Virus record (IMG/VR): IMGVR_UViG_3300029787_000044
Span: 1 to 57,922 of that record
From: a virus
Lineage: Duplodnaviria; Caudoviricetes
Strand: one strand, 5' to 3'
DNA: 57,922 nucleotides
Shown here: in pieces, positions 8,134-18,700 of the stretch
Numbering within the stretch: the first letter of the stretch is position 1
Layout of the letters: each line of letters begins with the position of its first letter
Made by a program: the position numbers and the translations under genes
The notes under the pieces: model-generated
Seen by the model: the letters and a program-made list of their open reading frames with translations, nothing else
Database searches by the model: none
Told to the model about the DNA's origin: nothing

Positions 8134-8578
8134 AGTCGAAAGAAAAACTGTTCCAGATAGGGTATTAAGGGATTTTGGAAGTGATAAAGCTGCTATTTTA
8201 CAAAAAGAAGCAGAACCTACAATCACTCCTGAAAACTTAGACTCTCATGCAGAATCGCTACCACGTCCAACGGGGTATCGTATTTTAATATTACCTTTTA
8301 CACAATCTAGTATAACTAAAGGTGGCATACATTTAACTAAAGAACTGGTTGACAAAGAAAGAATTGCAACTGTTGTTGGTTATGTTGTCGCGTTAGGACC
8401 AGATGCGTATAGTGACCCACATAAGTTTCCTGCGGGAGCTTGGTGTAAACAAGGTGATTGGGTAATCTTTGGCAGATATGCTGGAGCTCGTTTTCAAATA
8501 GAAGGTGGCGACATGCGTCTTTTAAATGATGATGAGATTCTAGCCTGTATAGACGATCCCGAAGCAATTTTATCATAA
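8123..8578 (+). CDS. groES: GroES-like co-chaperonin
   Basis: PTGYRILI...TKGGI...VVALGP...GDWVIFGRYAG...LLNDDEILA is the Cpn10 signature; RBS GGAGG favours the ATG at 8123. Confidence 0.92.
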   Translation: MTTKVERKTVPDRVLRDFGSDKAAILQKEAEPTITPENLDSHAESLPRPTGYRILILPFTQSSITKGGIHLTKELVDKERIATVVGYVVALGPDAYSDPHKFPAGAWCKQGDWVIFGRYAGARFQIEGGDMRLLNDDEILACIDDPEAILS

Positions 8579-8596
8579 CAATCTTGAGGAGGACTC

Positions 8597-9502
8597 ATGC
8601 AAAATAACGAAGCAGAAAAAATAGAACTAGAATTAGAACTTCCTGAAGGGGAAGTAGATGTTAGGGAAGCTGATGTAGATACATCGATTCCAGATAATAT
8701 TCAACAAGAAGAAACAGTTGTTGAGGAAACAAAAGCTGAAACAAGTAAAGAATTAGATGAGATTAGTGAGTCAGTACAAAAACGTATTGATAAATTAACT
8801 TATAAGATGCGAGAAGCAGAAAGACAGCGAGATGAAGCTGTTACTTATGCTCAAAGTGTTAATCAAACAGCTACTGATTTAAAAGAAAAGTTAAAGAATT
8901 CTGATTCTTCCCTTTTCAAAGAGTACGATAACAGGGTACAATCAGAGATTGAAAGAGCAAAAGCTCTTTTAAAAGAGGCGCAGGATGCTGGAGACGGAGA
9001 AGCTGTTGCAAATGCAACTGAAATGCTTTCTAGAGCGAGTGCTGAAGCAACTAATTTAAAAAGGTTAGCTATTCAGCAGCAAGTTAAGCAAAAACAACAG
9101 CCTGAAGAAGTTCCTGTTGAGCCTTATCAGCCGACTTTACACCCTCAGGCGGCGGGACCAGATCCTAAAGCAGAGGAATGGGCGGCTAAAAATAAATGGT
9201 TTGGAGATGATCAAGCAATGACTTTCGCAGCTTTTGGAATACATAAACAGTTAGTAGAGGAAGGAATTGATCCTGCTAGTGATACGTATTACTCAGAAGT
9301 TGATAAAAGAATGCAAGAAAATTTCCCACACAAGTTTTCTAACGAGCAATCTGCCCCCGTGCAACAGGTTGCTGCTTCTAGCAGAGGTGCTAGTGGTAAA
9401 AAATCATCACGCAAAATAAAATTGACACCTAGTCAAGTAGCAATAGCTAAAAGACTAAACGTGCCATTAGAAGAATATGCTAAGCATATCGAAGGAGTAT
9501 AA
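8597..9502 (+). CDS. Putative capsid scaffolding protein
   Basis: Acidic coiled coil, C-terminal LTPSQVAIAKRLNVPLEEYAK, upstream of the capsid genes. Confidence 0.7.
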   Translation: MQNNEAEKIELELELPEGEVDVREADVDTSIPDNIQQEETVVEETKAETSKELDEISESVQKRIDKLTYKMREAERQRDEAVTYAQSVNQTATDLKEKLKNSDSSLFKEYDNRVQSEIERAKALLKEAQDAGDGEAVANATEMLSRASAEATNLKRLAIQQQVKQKQQPEEVPVEPYQPTLHPQAAGPDPKAEEWAAKNKWFGDDQAMTFAAFGIHKQLVEEGIDPASDTYYSEVDKRMQENFPHKFSNEQSAPVQQVAASSRGASGKKSSRKIKLTPSQVAIAKRLNVPLEEYAKHIEGV

Positions 9503-9504
9503 AA

Positions 9505-10002
9505 ATGACTGAAGATAATAAAACAACAGAGGTCAGTACTGATCGTAACTCACGATCTGCAGAGACACGAGACTCTCAAACTCGCAGAACGCCTTGGGCA
9601 CCCCCATCCATGTTGGATGCACCCGAACCACCTCCTGGATACCAGTTCAGGTGGATAAGAGAAGCTACTAGAGGGATTGAGGATAAATCTAATATGTCTA
9701 AACGTATTAGAGAAGGATATGAGCCTGTGAGAGCAGAAGATTACCCTGAATTTGAAGCCCCCACTATTGATAGTGGTAGTAACTCTGGAGTCATTGGTGT
9801 TGGAGGATTAATTCTTGCTAAAGTTCCAGTTGAAACAGCTAACGAACGAAATGCTTACTTTAAAGATCAAGCAGATTCGGCGATGCAAGGTGTAGATCAA
9901 AACTTTATGCGAGAAAGCGACGCTAGAATGCCTATAAAAGATAGTGATATCCAAAGGACTTCTAAAGTTGCGTTTGGTAGTAAACCTACCAAAAACGGAT
10001 AA
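9505..10002 (+). CDS. Head-module hypothetical protein
   Basis: WAPPSMLDAP...GYQFRWIR...REGYEPV; RBS GGAG; position in head operon. Confidence 0.75.
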   Translation: MTEDNKTTEVSTDRNSRSAETRDSQTRRTPWAPPSMLDAPEPPPGYQFRWIREATRGIEDKSNMSKRIREGYEPVRAEDYPEFEAPTIDSGSNSGVIGVGGLILAKVPVETANERNAYFKDQADSAMQGVDQNFMRESDARMPIKDSDIQRTSKVAFGSKPTKNG

Positions 10003-10035
10003 TAATAACAATGTATATAACCAAAGGAGACAATC

Positions 10036-10575
10036 ATGGCTAATACAAATAAACCAGATGGTTTTACTCCAGCATATCATATGTACGGTGGTGTTATTCG
10101 TCCTGCTAAAATGAGAATCGCAAGTGCAACTAACGCATCAATCTTTTCAGGTGATGTAGTTAATTTATCTAGCGGATATGTCATTCAAGGCACGGCGACT
10201 GGTACTCCTATCGGCGTATTTTACGGGGTATACTATACCGCAACTGACGGTACTCCAACTTTTTCTAAAGTTTGGACTGCTGACACTGCGACACTCGGCG
10301 GAGACGATGCGGAAGCTCTCGTTTATAATGATCCTGCGATCGTTTACGAAGCTCAATTTACAGCAGGTACACCTGCAGTAAGTTTTATCGGCTCTAAATA
10401 CACTCTTTCAACTACAGCTGGTTCAACAACCAACGGTAGGTCTAAAGAGGGTGTGACTGCAACAACATCAAGTGGTGTAGCGTTATGTGTAGGATTCGCT
10501 TCGCAACCAAGCAACTCAATAGGTGCTTATGCGAGAGGATTGTTTACATTCCCGACTAACACATTTGCTGTATAA
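10036..10575 (+). CDS. Putative capsid decoration/cement protein
   Basis: Beta-rich 179 aa protein immediately before the major capsid gene; RBS AAGGAG. Confidence 0.6.
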   Translation: MANTNKPDGFTPAYHMYGGVIRPAKMRIASATNASIFSGDVVNLSSGYVIQGTATGTPIGVFYGVYYTATDGTPTFSKVWTADTATLGGDDAEALVYNDPAIVYEAQFTAGTPAVSFIGSKYTLSTTAGSTTNGRSKEGVTATTSSGVALCVGFASQPSNSIGAYARGLFTFPTNTFAV

Positions 10576-10592
10576 TCTAAGGAGAATAAATA

Positions 10593-11501
10593 ATGGCAAT
10601 TAATAGAGCCCAACTAGTTAAAGAACTAGTACCAGGACTCCATGCTCTCTTTGGATTAGAGTATGAGAGATATAATAATGAACACGAAGACATCTTCGAT
10701 ACCGAGAGTTCTGAAAGAGCGTTCGAGGAAGAAGTAATGTTAAGTGGGTTTGGTGAAGCACCGACTAAAGGAGAAGGAGCAGCGGTTATTTATGACACAG
10801 CTCAAGAATCTTGGACATCGCGTTTTACTCATGAAACAATAGCATTAGCGTTTGCGTTAACTGAAGAAGCTATCGAAGATAATCTTTACGATACACTTTC
10901 TTCAAGATACACAAGAGCTTTAGCTAGATCTATGCAACAAACTAAACAAGTGAAGGCTGCTAACGTATTAAACAATGCGTTTAGTTCTTCATATGTTGGT
11001 GGAGATGGAAAAGAGCTTTGCGCTACAGACCATCCAACGGTTGCTAATGTTGACTTGAGAAACGAGCTTTCTACAGCAGCAGACTTAAATGAAACTTCAT
11101 TAGAGCAAGCGTTAATTGATATCGCTGACTTTAAAGATGAAAGAAATTTAAAAGTCAATGCACAAGCAAAGAAATTAATTATTCCACCTGCTTTGCAATT
11201 TGTAGCTGATAGATTACTGGAAACTCCAGGAAGAGTCGGTACTTCAGATAATGACATCAACGCAATTAGAAACATGGGAATGATTTCTGAAGGCTATGTT
11301 GTAAATCATTATCTAACAGATACTGATGCTTTCTTCATCAAAACTGACGTACCTAACGGAATGAAACATTTTGTTAGAACGCCTGTATCAACTAGTATGG
11401 AAGGTGACTTCGAAACTGGTAATGTAAGATATAAGGCTAGAGAACGTTATAGCTTTGGTTGGAGTGATTGGAGAGGAATCTTCGGTTCACCAGGAGCGTA
11501 A
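10593..11501 (+). CDS. Major capsid protein (HK97 fold)
   Basis: MAINRAQLVKELVPGL...SERAFEEEV...LIIPPAL...GDFETGNVRYKARERYSFGWSDWRGIFGSPGA; followed by a strong terminator. Confidence 0.92.
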   Translation: MAINRAQLVKELVPGLHALFGLEYERYNNEHEDIFDTESSERAFEEEVMLSGFGEAPTKGEGAAVIYDTAQESWTSRFTHETIALAFALTEEAIEDNLYDTLSSRYTRALARSMQQTKQVKAANVLNNAFSSSYVGGDGKELCATDHPTVANVDLRNELSTAADLNETSLEQALIDIADFKDERNLKVNAQAKKLIIPPALQFVADRLLETPGRVGTSDNDINAIRNMGMISEGYVVNHYLTDTDAFFIKTDVPNGMKHFVRTPVSTSMEGDFETGNVRYKARERYSFGWSDWRGIFGSPGA

Positions 11502-11520
11502 TTCATTAATTTGAATAATT

Positions 11521-11548
11521 AAAGGGAGCTTCGGCTCCCTTTTCTTTT
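11521..11548 (+). terminator. Rho-independent terminator after capsid gene
   Basis: AAAGGGAGC-TTCG-GCTCCCTTT followed by TCTTTT. Confidence 0.93.
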
Positions 11549-11557
11549 GTAGGCGAA

Positions 11558-11570
11558 TGATATACAATCA
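11558..11570 (+). promoter_or_regulatory. Putative late promoter/operator motif TGATATAYAATCA (copy 1)
   Basis: TGATATACAATCA; near-identical copies at 15744 and 31608, each at the start of a structural gene block. Confidence 0.6.
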
Positions 11571-11573
11571 GAA

Positions 11574-11640
11574 GACTAGGATTTATTAACTTGTTCTACA
11601 GACTGACCTAGCAGACAAGCCGAGACGGTAGAACTTATTT
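11574..11640 (+). ncRNA. Candidate structured 5' leader RNA (pseudoknot)
   Basis: GTTCTAC 11593-99 pairs with GTAGAAC 11628-34; inner CTG-ACCTAG-CAG hairpin whose loop CCTAG is complementary to CTAGG 11576-80. Confidence 0.45.
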
Positions 11641-11655
11641 CCTTAGGAGGAAATT

Positions 11656-12204
11656 ATGGCAAATTCAACATTTAACGGACCAGTTAGGTCTGAAAATGGT
11701 TTTAAAGTAATATCGATTAATAGTACAACAGGCGCAGAAACTGATGTAGCGACTATTGCGTCTACAGGTATTGTTACTGATAAATACGTAAAACACGTAG
11801 GTTTTGCAACTGGAGTAACAGTTAATACTACAGCGGGAGATTCACCTGCTATAGGAGAGTTTACACAGCCTGCAAACACTATTATTACAGATATTAAAGT
11901 CTTTTGCGCTACTGCACCAGTTATAGGAACAGGAGACATAGGATATGAAGTTGGTACTTCAAGTTCAGGTGCACAAATCGTTGCAGCTCAAACAGATGAA
12001 ATTCTTGATGGCGGTACTACTGTAGTGGTGGGTAACGTTACTTTAACTTCTCTTGTTGTTCAAACTCAAGATGCAACTACTGCACCAGCTTCAGTTCAAT
12101 ACACATCTGCTGAAAGAACTATCTACTGTAATATTACTAATACAGTTGACGCAACTACTGCGGGTTCTTTTACATTTATTATTGAATACGTACAAATCGC
12201 TTAA
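11656..12204 (+). CDS. Virion structural protein
   Basis: MANSTFNGPVRSENGF N-terminus, Thr/Val-rich beta protein after the capsid gene; RBS AGGAGG. Confidence 0.7.
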   Translation: MANSTFNGPVRSENGFKVISINSTTGAETDVATIASTGIVTDKYVKHVGFATGVTVNTTAGDSPAIGEFTQPANTIITDIKVFCATAPVIGTGDIGYEVGTSSSGAQIVAAQTDEILDGGTTVVVGNVTLTSLVVQTQDATTAPASVQYTSAERTIYCNITNTVDATTAGSFTFIIEYVQIA

Positions 12205-12216
12205 TAGGAGTAAATT

Positions 12217-12633
12217 ATGGCAGACGCAGTCACCAGTCAAAAAATTATTGATAATGACAGGAAGCTAGTTTATAAATTTACTAATATCTCTGACGGTACT
12301 GGAGAGTCTTCTGTTCAAAAAGTAGACGTTTCAGGACTAAACACTAACAATGAAGGAGAAACGTGTACAAGAGTAACCTTATCGCAACTATGGTACGACA
12401 TAGGCGGTATACGAGTCACTCTTGAATGGGACGCGACTTCTAATGTTGTATGTACGGTTTTAGGGGGTAGTGCGGCAGCAGGAGTAGTCTCAGGTCATAT
12501 GGACTTTAGAGAATGGGGCGGTCTCCCGAATAACGCAGGTAGTGGTATAACAGGCGATCTGGATTTAACTACTCATGGACACACTAACCATGACCATTAT
12601 ACGATAGTAGCCGAATTTGTTAAAAGTTATTAA
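12217..12633 (+). CDS. Virion structural protein (hypothetical)
   Basis: RBS AGGAG; FTNISDGTGES...VDVS motif; structural operon. Confidence 0.7.
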   Translation: MADAVTSQKIIDNDRKLVYKFTNISDGTGESSVQKVDVSGLNTNNEGETCTRVTLSQLWYDIGGIRVTLEWDATSNVVCTVLGGSAAAGVVSGHMDFREWGGLPNNAGSGITGDLDLTTHGHTNHDHYTIVAEFVKSY

Positions 12634-12635
12634 TA

Positions 12636-13307
12636 ATGGCAACTTCAGGAACTCGTACATTTAGTTTAGATGTAGCGACCGCAATAGAAGAAGCATACGA
12701 GCTTGCAGGACTGGAAGCTCGTACTTCTTATGATGCTGTTACAGCTAGACGTTCTTTAAATATTATGTTTGCCGATTGGTCAAACAGAGGTATTCAAATG
12801 TGGGAAATAACTAAGGTAGAACTTAGTCTCACTGAAGGAACTAATGAATACACTATAAATGCTTTTGATATTGATATTTTAGATGCATACATTCAAAGAA
12901 CAGTCAATGACACAGTTACTGATCTTCCTTTAGACAGAATAGACCGTAATGAATTTGTAGGAATTCCTAATAAAACAACTAAAGCAAGATCAACTGAATA
13001 TTGGTTAGAACGTTTAAAAACCCCTGTTATTCATTTATACCCAACACCAGAGAACTCAACTGACAAACTCATTTACTATGTTTGGCGTAGAATAGAAGAC
13101 GCTACAGCGCAAACTAACGATATAGACATACCTAGTAGGTTTATGCCTTGTTTAGTTTCAGGGTTAGCTTACTATTTGTGTTTAAAAAAGAATGTGCAAA
13201 AACTAGGTATAATGAAAGAACAATACGAACAAGATTTAGCGAATGCGTTAAGATACGATGAAGACCGTTCCCCTTTAAGACTTGTTCCTAAACATGAGTA
13301 TATATAA
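12636..13307 (+). CDS. Putative head-tail adaptor / neck protein
   Basis: IEEAYE...ARRSLN...WSNRG...LYPTP...GLAYY pattern typical of podoviral connector proteins. Confidence 0.65.
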   Translation: MATSGTRTFSLDVATAIEEAYELAGLEARTSYDAVTARRSLNIMFADWSNRGIQMWEITKVELSLTEGTNEYTINAFDIDILDAYIQRTVNDTVTDLPLDRIDRNEFVGIPNKTTKARSTEYWLERLKTPVIHLYPTPENSTDKLIYYVWRRIEDATAQTNDIDIPSRFMPCLVSGLAYYLCLKKNVQKLGIMKEQYEQDLANALRYDEDRSPLRLVPKHEYI

Positions 13308-13645
13308 TGGCATACGCTTCAGGTAAATACGCTTACTTTATATGTGATAATTGCGGTTTTAAATACCCGTATAAAACTGCGTCTATTTCATGGGATAATT
13401 TTAGAGTATGTGAAGAATGCTATGAGCCTAAACATCCTCAACTAGATCCTCCACCTGTTTCAGTCGACGCAGAAACTTTATGGAAGCCTCGTCCTGAAAC
13501 AACTATACCAAAAAGTGCAAACGGAATTGTAAGTACAACAAATCTTTCAGCAGGTGGAATGACTTTTCACTCAGATCCTATAGGAACTGTTTTTGAAGGT
13601 TATGAAGCTACAACAACTTTAGGTACTATAACGGTGGTTACATAA
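13307..13645 (+). CDS. Zn-binding hypothetical protein
   Basis: CDNCGF and VCEECYEPKHPQ give two CxxC motifs. Confidence 0.75.
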   Translation: MAYASGKYAYFICDNCGFKYPYKTASISWDNFRVCEECYEPKHPQLDPPPVSVDAETLWKPRPETTIPKSANGIVSTTNLSAGGMTFHSDPIGTVFEGYEATTTLGTITVVT

Positions 13646-14313
13646 TGGCAGGATTTACATACAGTGGGTTAAAAACAGCAGTTCAAAACTATTTAGATAA
13701 TACAGAAACTACTTTCGTAAACACCTTAGATACATTTATACAAACAGCAGAAGAGCGCATTTTAAAAGGAGTTGAATTACCTGTTTTCCGTAAAAACGTG
13801 ACTGGAAGTCTCACTACAGGAAATACTTATTTAGCTATGCCTACTGATTTTTTATCTCCGTACAGTTTAGCTTTAATCGACTCATCTAGTAATTACAGTT
13901 ATTTATTATTAAAACACGTTTCTTGGATTAGGGATTACACTCCAGCAGTAGCCACAACAGGCAAACCCCTTTACTATGCACAGTTTGATGAAGATAGTTT
14001 TATTATAGCTCCTACCCCTGATGCCAATTATTCTGTAGAATTACATTATAATTACAGACCTAATTCTTTAACTACAGTAGGAGATAGTAATCAAAGTTGG
14101 TTATCGGAAAATGCTCCGAACGCTATGTTATACGGTGCTTTAGTAGAAGGAGCAGTGTTTATGAAATCAGCTCCTGATGTTATTATGTTATACGAACAAA
14201 AATTTCAAGAAGCATTAGCGATGTTAAAACTATTAGGTGAGTTTAAAGATGTTAGAGATGAAGCAAGACATGACCAAGTAAAAATAATCGCTCCTGGAGG
14301 TGCAAATGTTTAG
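13645..14313 (+). CDS. Putative tail adaptor protein
   Basis: TYSGLKTAVQNYL...FIQTAEERI...PTPDANY...WLSENAPNAMLYGALVE. Confidence 0.65.
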   Translation: MAGFTYSGLKTAVQNYLDNTETTFVNTLDTFIQTAEERILKGVELPVFRKNVTGSLTTGNTYLAMPTDFLSPYSLALIDSSSNYSYLLLKHVSWIRDYTPAVATTGKPLYYAQFDEDSFIIAPTPDANYSVELHYNYRPNSLTTVGDSNQSWLSENAPNAMLYGALVEGAVFMKSAPDVIMLYEQKFQEALAMLKLLGEFKDVRDEARHDQVKIIAPGGANV

Positions 14314-14596
14314 TGTAGACACTGAAACAACAATAGGACAAGTAAATGTTCAAACAACGGATAATAAAGGATTAAGTCCAGAATACTGGGCTCAAAGAAT
14401 AATGGAACGACTAATAGCTGTAAGCGATAACGCTGATCCTATGGTTAAGGCGCAAGCTGAAGCATTTAAAGATCATATACATGCTGTCGTTTTATTGTAT
14501 ATGAAACAGGCTATTGTTAGCGACAGAGCTACTGTAGCAGGTTTATTAGATAAACAAGGTCATAGTGATATGGCTGATATAATAAGGAGACTGTAA
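14306..14596 (+). CDS. Hypothetical tail-module protein
   Basis: RBS GGAGG before the ATG at 14306; coupled to the next gene. Confidence 0.7.
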   Translation: MFSVDTETTIGQVNVQTTDNKGLSPEYWAQRIMERLIAVSDNADPMVKAQAEAFKDHIHAVVLLYMKQAIVSDRATVAGLLDKQGHSDMADIIRRL

Positions 14597-15027
14597 TGGC
14601 AATAACCCAAGCAATGTGTACGTCTTTCAAAAAAGAACTTTTGGAAGCAGTACATAATTTTAAAAACTCAGGCGGTAACGATTTTAAATTAGCCCTATAC
14701 ACTAGTTCAGCTAGTTTAGGAGCTTCTACTACTGCATACACAACAAGTAATGAGGCAAGTGGAACGAACTACACTGCAAAAGGAGCTTCGCTAACGCGAG
14801 TAGATCCTTCAAGTTCAGGTACTACTGCTTTAACCGATTTTGCTGATTTAACTTTTAGTTCAGCAACTATTACTGCAAACGGAGCTATGATTTTTAATGA
14901 TACTGCATCAGGAGATCCTGCTGTTTGTGTTTTAGCATTCGGTGGAGATAAAACTTCAACTAATGGCGATTTTACTATTCAATTTCCTGCAGCAGATGCT
15001 TCTAACGCTATTATAAGAATAGCTTAG
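14596..15027 (+). CDS. Virion tail-associated structural protein
   Basis: MAITQAMCTSFKKELL...FKLALYTS...VLAFGGDKTSTNGDFTIQFP...AIIRIA. Confidence 0.75.
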   Translation: MAITQAMCTSFKKELLEAVHNFKNSGGNDFKLALYTSSASLGASTTAYTTSNEASGTNYTAKGASLTRVDPSSSGTTALTDFADLTFSSATITANGAMIFNDTASGDPAVCVLAFGGDKTSTNGDFTIQFPAADASNAIIRIA

Positions 15028-15033
15028 TAGCCT

Positions 15034-15729
15034 ATGGCTAATTTAACGGGTTGGGGTAGAGGTACTTGGGGTCAACTGACCTTTGGTGAACCAATACCCG
15101 CAGTAGTCACAGGAGTTGCAAGTACTTCCGCACTAGGAAGTGAAACTGTTGTTGCTACAGCTGTTATTGCAGTTACAGGAGTTGCAGGTACTTCCGCACT
15201 AGGAAGTGAAACTGTTGTTGCTACAGCTACCCTAGCAGTAACAGGTAACGTAGGTACTTCTACGTTGGGTAGTGAAACCGTTGCCGCAGAAGCAAACATT
15301 TCCGCTTCTGGTAACGCAGGTACTTCCGCACTAGGTAACGCCATTACAGCAGGTGCGGCAGTCACAGGAGTTTCAGGTTCGGCTTCAGCAGGAGAACTAG
15401 GCGATGAGTCGGTTACTGCAGGAGCTACCGTACTTGTAACAGGAAATGCAGCTACTTCAGGATTAGGAAGTGTTACAACTACATCAGCTAACGTGCTTAC
15501 AGTTACAGGAGTATCTAGCACAGGAACATTAGGTTCTATAACAGTTTTAGCAAATAATGTAATAGTTGTTGAAGGAGTTTTTGGTACAGGAACAGCAGCT
15601 AGAGTGAATGTTTGGGGTCTTGTGCCCGATAGTCAAACACCTAGTTACAGTGAAGTAAGTGTTTCACAAACACCTAGCTATACTAATGTTACTGATAATC
15701 AAACTCCTGATTGGAAAGAAGTTGCTTAA
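15034..15729 (+). CDS. Repetitive Thr/Gly/Ala/Val-rich virion fibre protein (22-aa repeats)
   Basis: VTGVAGTSALGSETVVATA-type repeats; 41-bp identical DNA at 15122-15162 and 15188-15228. Confidence 0.75.
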   Translation: MANLTGWGRGTWGQLTFGEPIPAVVTGVASTSALGSETVVATAVIAVTGVAGTSALGSETVVATATLAVTGNVGTSTLGSETVAAEANISASGNAGTSALGNAITAGAAVTGVSGSASAGELGDESVTAGATVLVTGNAATSGLGSVTTTSANVLTVTGVSSTGTLGSITVLANNVIVVEGVFGTGTAARVNVWGLVPDSQTPSYSEVSVSQTPSYTNVTDNQTPDWKEVA

Positions 15730-15743
15730 TTTTTAAAAGAATA

Positions 15744-15756
15744 TGATATATAATCA
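15744..15756 (+). promoter_or_regulatory. Putative late promoter/operator motif (copy 2)
   Basis: TGATATATAATCA just before the RBS of the tail fibre gene. Confidence 0.6.
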
Positions 15757-15771
15757 AATTGGAGAATAACA

Positions 15772-18700
15772 ATGGCAAGTACATACGTAAATAACCTAAG
15801 ACTAAACGAAATGGGCACAGGTGATGCCAGTGGTACTTGGGGCAACACAACTAATACAAATTTAGAGTTAATTGGAGAAGCTTTAGGATACGGCACAAGA
15901 GCTATAGCCAATGCTTCTACTGATAATATAACTATCGCAGACGGAGCATCTGATGCAGATAGATCGATGTATCTTAAACTTACTGGAGGCGGACAAGCCT
16001 GTACAGTAACTTTATTACCTAATACGGTTTCTAAAGTATGGATAATAGAAAACGCTACTTCTTATACTCTTACATTTACCGCAGGTAGTGGAGCTAATGT
16101 TGCAATAGCCGCAGGTCAAGTAAAAGCAATAGCTACTGATGGTGGTGGTTCTGGTGGAGTTGTTTACGATCTTTTTACAGATTTAGAGTTAACAGGAAAC
16201 ATTACTGCTTCTACTTCAGTAACAGCTCCTTTAATAGAAGCCTCAACTTCAGTACAAACACCTCTTATAGAATTTTCAGACGGTGATGATGCTATTACTA
16301 TTGCTGATGGCGGTGGTACTACTTTTGCAGCAGCAGCTACTTTTAGTAGTTCTATTACTGCGGCTTCACTAGACATATCTGGCGATATAGACGTAGACGG
16401 CACGACTAACCTAGATGTAGTAGATATAGATGGTGCTGTAGATATGGCTTCTACTTTAGGAGTTACTGGTGTAGTAACAGCCAACGCAGGTGTAGTAGTA
16501 GATACCATGACTTTAGATGCAGCAACGCTTACAGCTACAGGTGATTTTACTATTGACGCAGCAGGAGACATCGTTCTTGATGGAGATGGTGCGGATATTT
16601 TATTCAAAGATGCAGGAAGTTTAATTGGCTTTTTAAGTATGGCTAGTAGCAATCTTAATCTTACAAATAATGCTTCTGATGGCGATATTATATTTACTGG
16701 TAATGATGGTGGCTCTAGTGTAACAGCCCTCACCCTTGATATGTCAGCGGCAGGTGCAGCTACTTTTAACAGCACAATCAATGGTGCAGGTATATTATCT
16801 AACGCTGCTAATTTTGGTGAAGGTCTTTTAATTAGTCAAGATGCTGGTACAGGTACACTTTCATCTGCTAATAGAAATACAGGGTTTGGTTATGAAGTTT
16901 TTGATGACTTAACATCTGGTGACGATAATACAGCTTTTGGTCAACAAGCGTTAGCTGCATTAACAACAGCTGGACATAATACAGCTGTAGGCTCTAATGC
17001 ATTAGAAGCTAACACTACAGGTGCTCAAAACGTAGCAGTTGGCTCTTTAGCTTTAGACTCTGCTACAACAGCAGATAATAATGTTGCAGTTGGTTATGGT
17101 TCTTTAGGCGTAAACACTACAGGTGCTCAAAATATAGCTATAGGTTCATTTTCTTTAGATGCTAATACTACAGCATCAAACAATGTTGCTATTGGTTACG
17201 CATCTTTAGGCTCAAACACTACAGCTTCAGATAATACAGCAGTTGGCAAATTTTCTTTAACAGCAAACACTACAGGTACTCAAAACACAGTTATTGGTGC
17301 TAGTGCAGGGGTAGCTTTAACAACTGGTGGAAATAATGTTGCGGTAGGTTTTGAGGCTTTAAAAAATGAAGATGCACATGGTCTTAATACCGCAATAGGA
17401 ACTCAGGCTTTATTTACACAAAATGCAGGAGCAGATGCTTACAATGTAGGAGTTGGTTATCAAGCAGGAGCTGCAATAACCACAGGTACAAACAACACTA
17501 TTATAGGTGGTCTTGCAGGTGACGCTACTACTACAGGTGAAAGAAATACCGCAGTTGGTACCTCGTCTTTAACAACAAATACAACAGGTAGTGGAAACTC
17601 AGCTTTCGGTTATAAGTCTTTAGAAAACAGTACCACTGCTTCTAACAATACAGCTTTTGGTCAAGATACTCTTAGAGCAACTACCACTGGTGCTGAAAAT
17701 ACTGCTGTTGGTTTAGATACTTTAGACGCTAATACTACAGGAACTAGTAATGTAGCTATGGGTAATGATGCTCTAGGTGGTAACACTACTGGTAGTTATA
17801 ATATTGCAATAGGTAGAGTAGCTCTTACATCTAATACAACAGCTGATAATAATATAGCAATCGGATATAACACTTTAAATGCTAATTCAACTGGAGCTTT
17901 AAATGTTGGAATCGGCAACTATGTTTTAGACGCTAACACTACAGCTAGTAATAATGTTGGTATTGGTTACAATTCTTTATCAGCAAATACAACAGGTGCT
18001 TTTAACACCGCAGTTGGTTCTGTAACACTAGACGCTAATACCACAGCTTCAAACAATACTGGAATTGGTTATAATGCTTTAGGAGCTAACACTACAGGTG
18101 CTGCAAATACAGCTCTTGGATATAATGCTTTAGATGATAATACTACTGCTTCAAATAACGTAGCTATTGGTTCACAAGCTTTAACAGCAAATACTACAGG
18201 TACAGCTAATACTGCTGTAGGTACTCTTGCTTTACTAGCAAATACAACTGCTAATGACAATACAGCAATGGGTACAAGCTCTTTAGCTGCAAACACTACA
18301 GGTACTAGAAATACAGCATTAGGTAGAAGTGCTTTAACAGCAAACACTACAGGTGACTATAACACAGCAGTTGGAACTTTTGCTTTGGATTCAACTACAA
18401 CAGCAGATGGTAACACAGCAGTTGGATATGGTGCGATGGATGTTAATACTACAGGAGCTAATAATGTAGCTATTGGTATGCAAGCACTAGACGCTAACAC
18501 TACAGCTTCTAACAACACCGCAGTTGGTTATAACTCTTTAACAGCAAACACTACAGGTAATCTAAACATAGCTGTTGGTAATGAGTCATTAGCAACAAAT
18601 ACAGTAGGCGATAGAAACGTAGCTATAGGTTATCAAGCCTTAACAACTTTTAACCCTGCATCAAATGTTGATGCTTATAACACAGCAATGGGTCATGTAG

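Noticed and set aside
11600-11630. CTGA...GAGAC as a hammerhead ribozyme core
   Set aside because: Lacks the CUGANGA and GAAA consensus and the three-stem arrangement; kept only as an unclassified structured RNA candidate.
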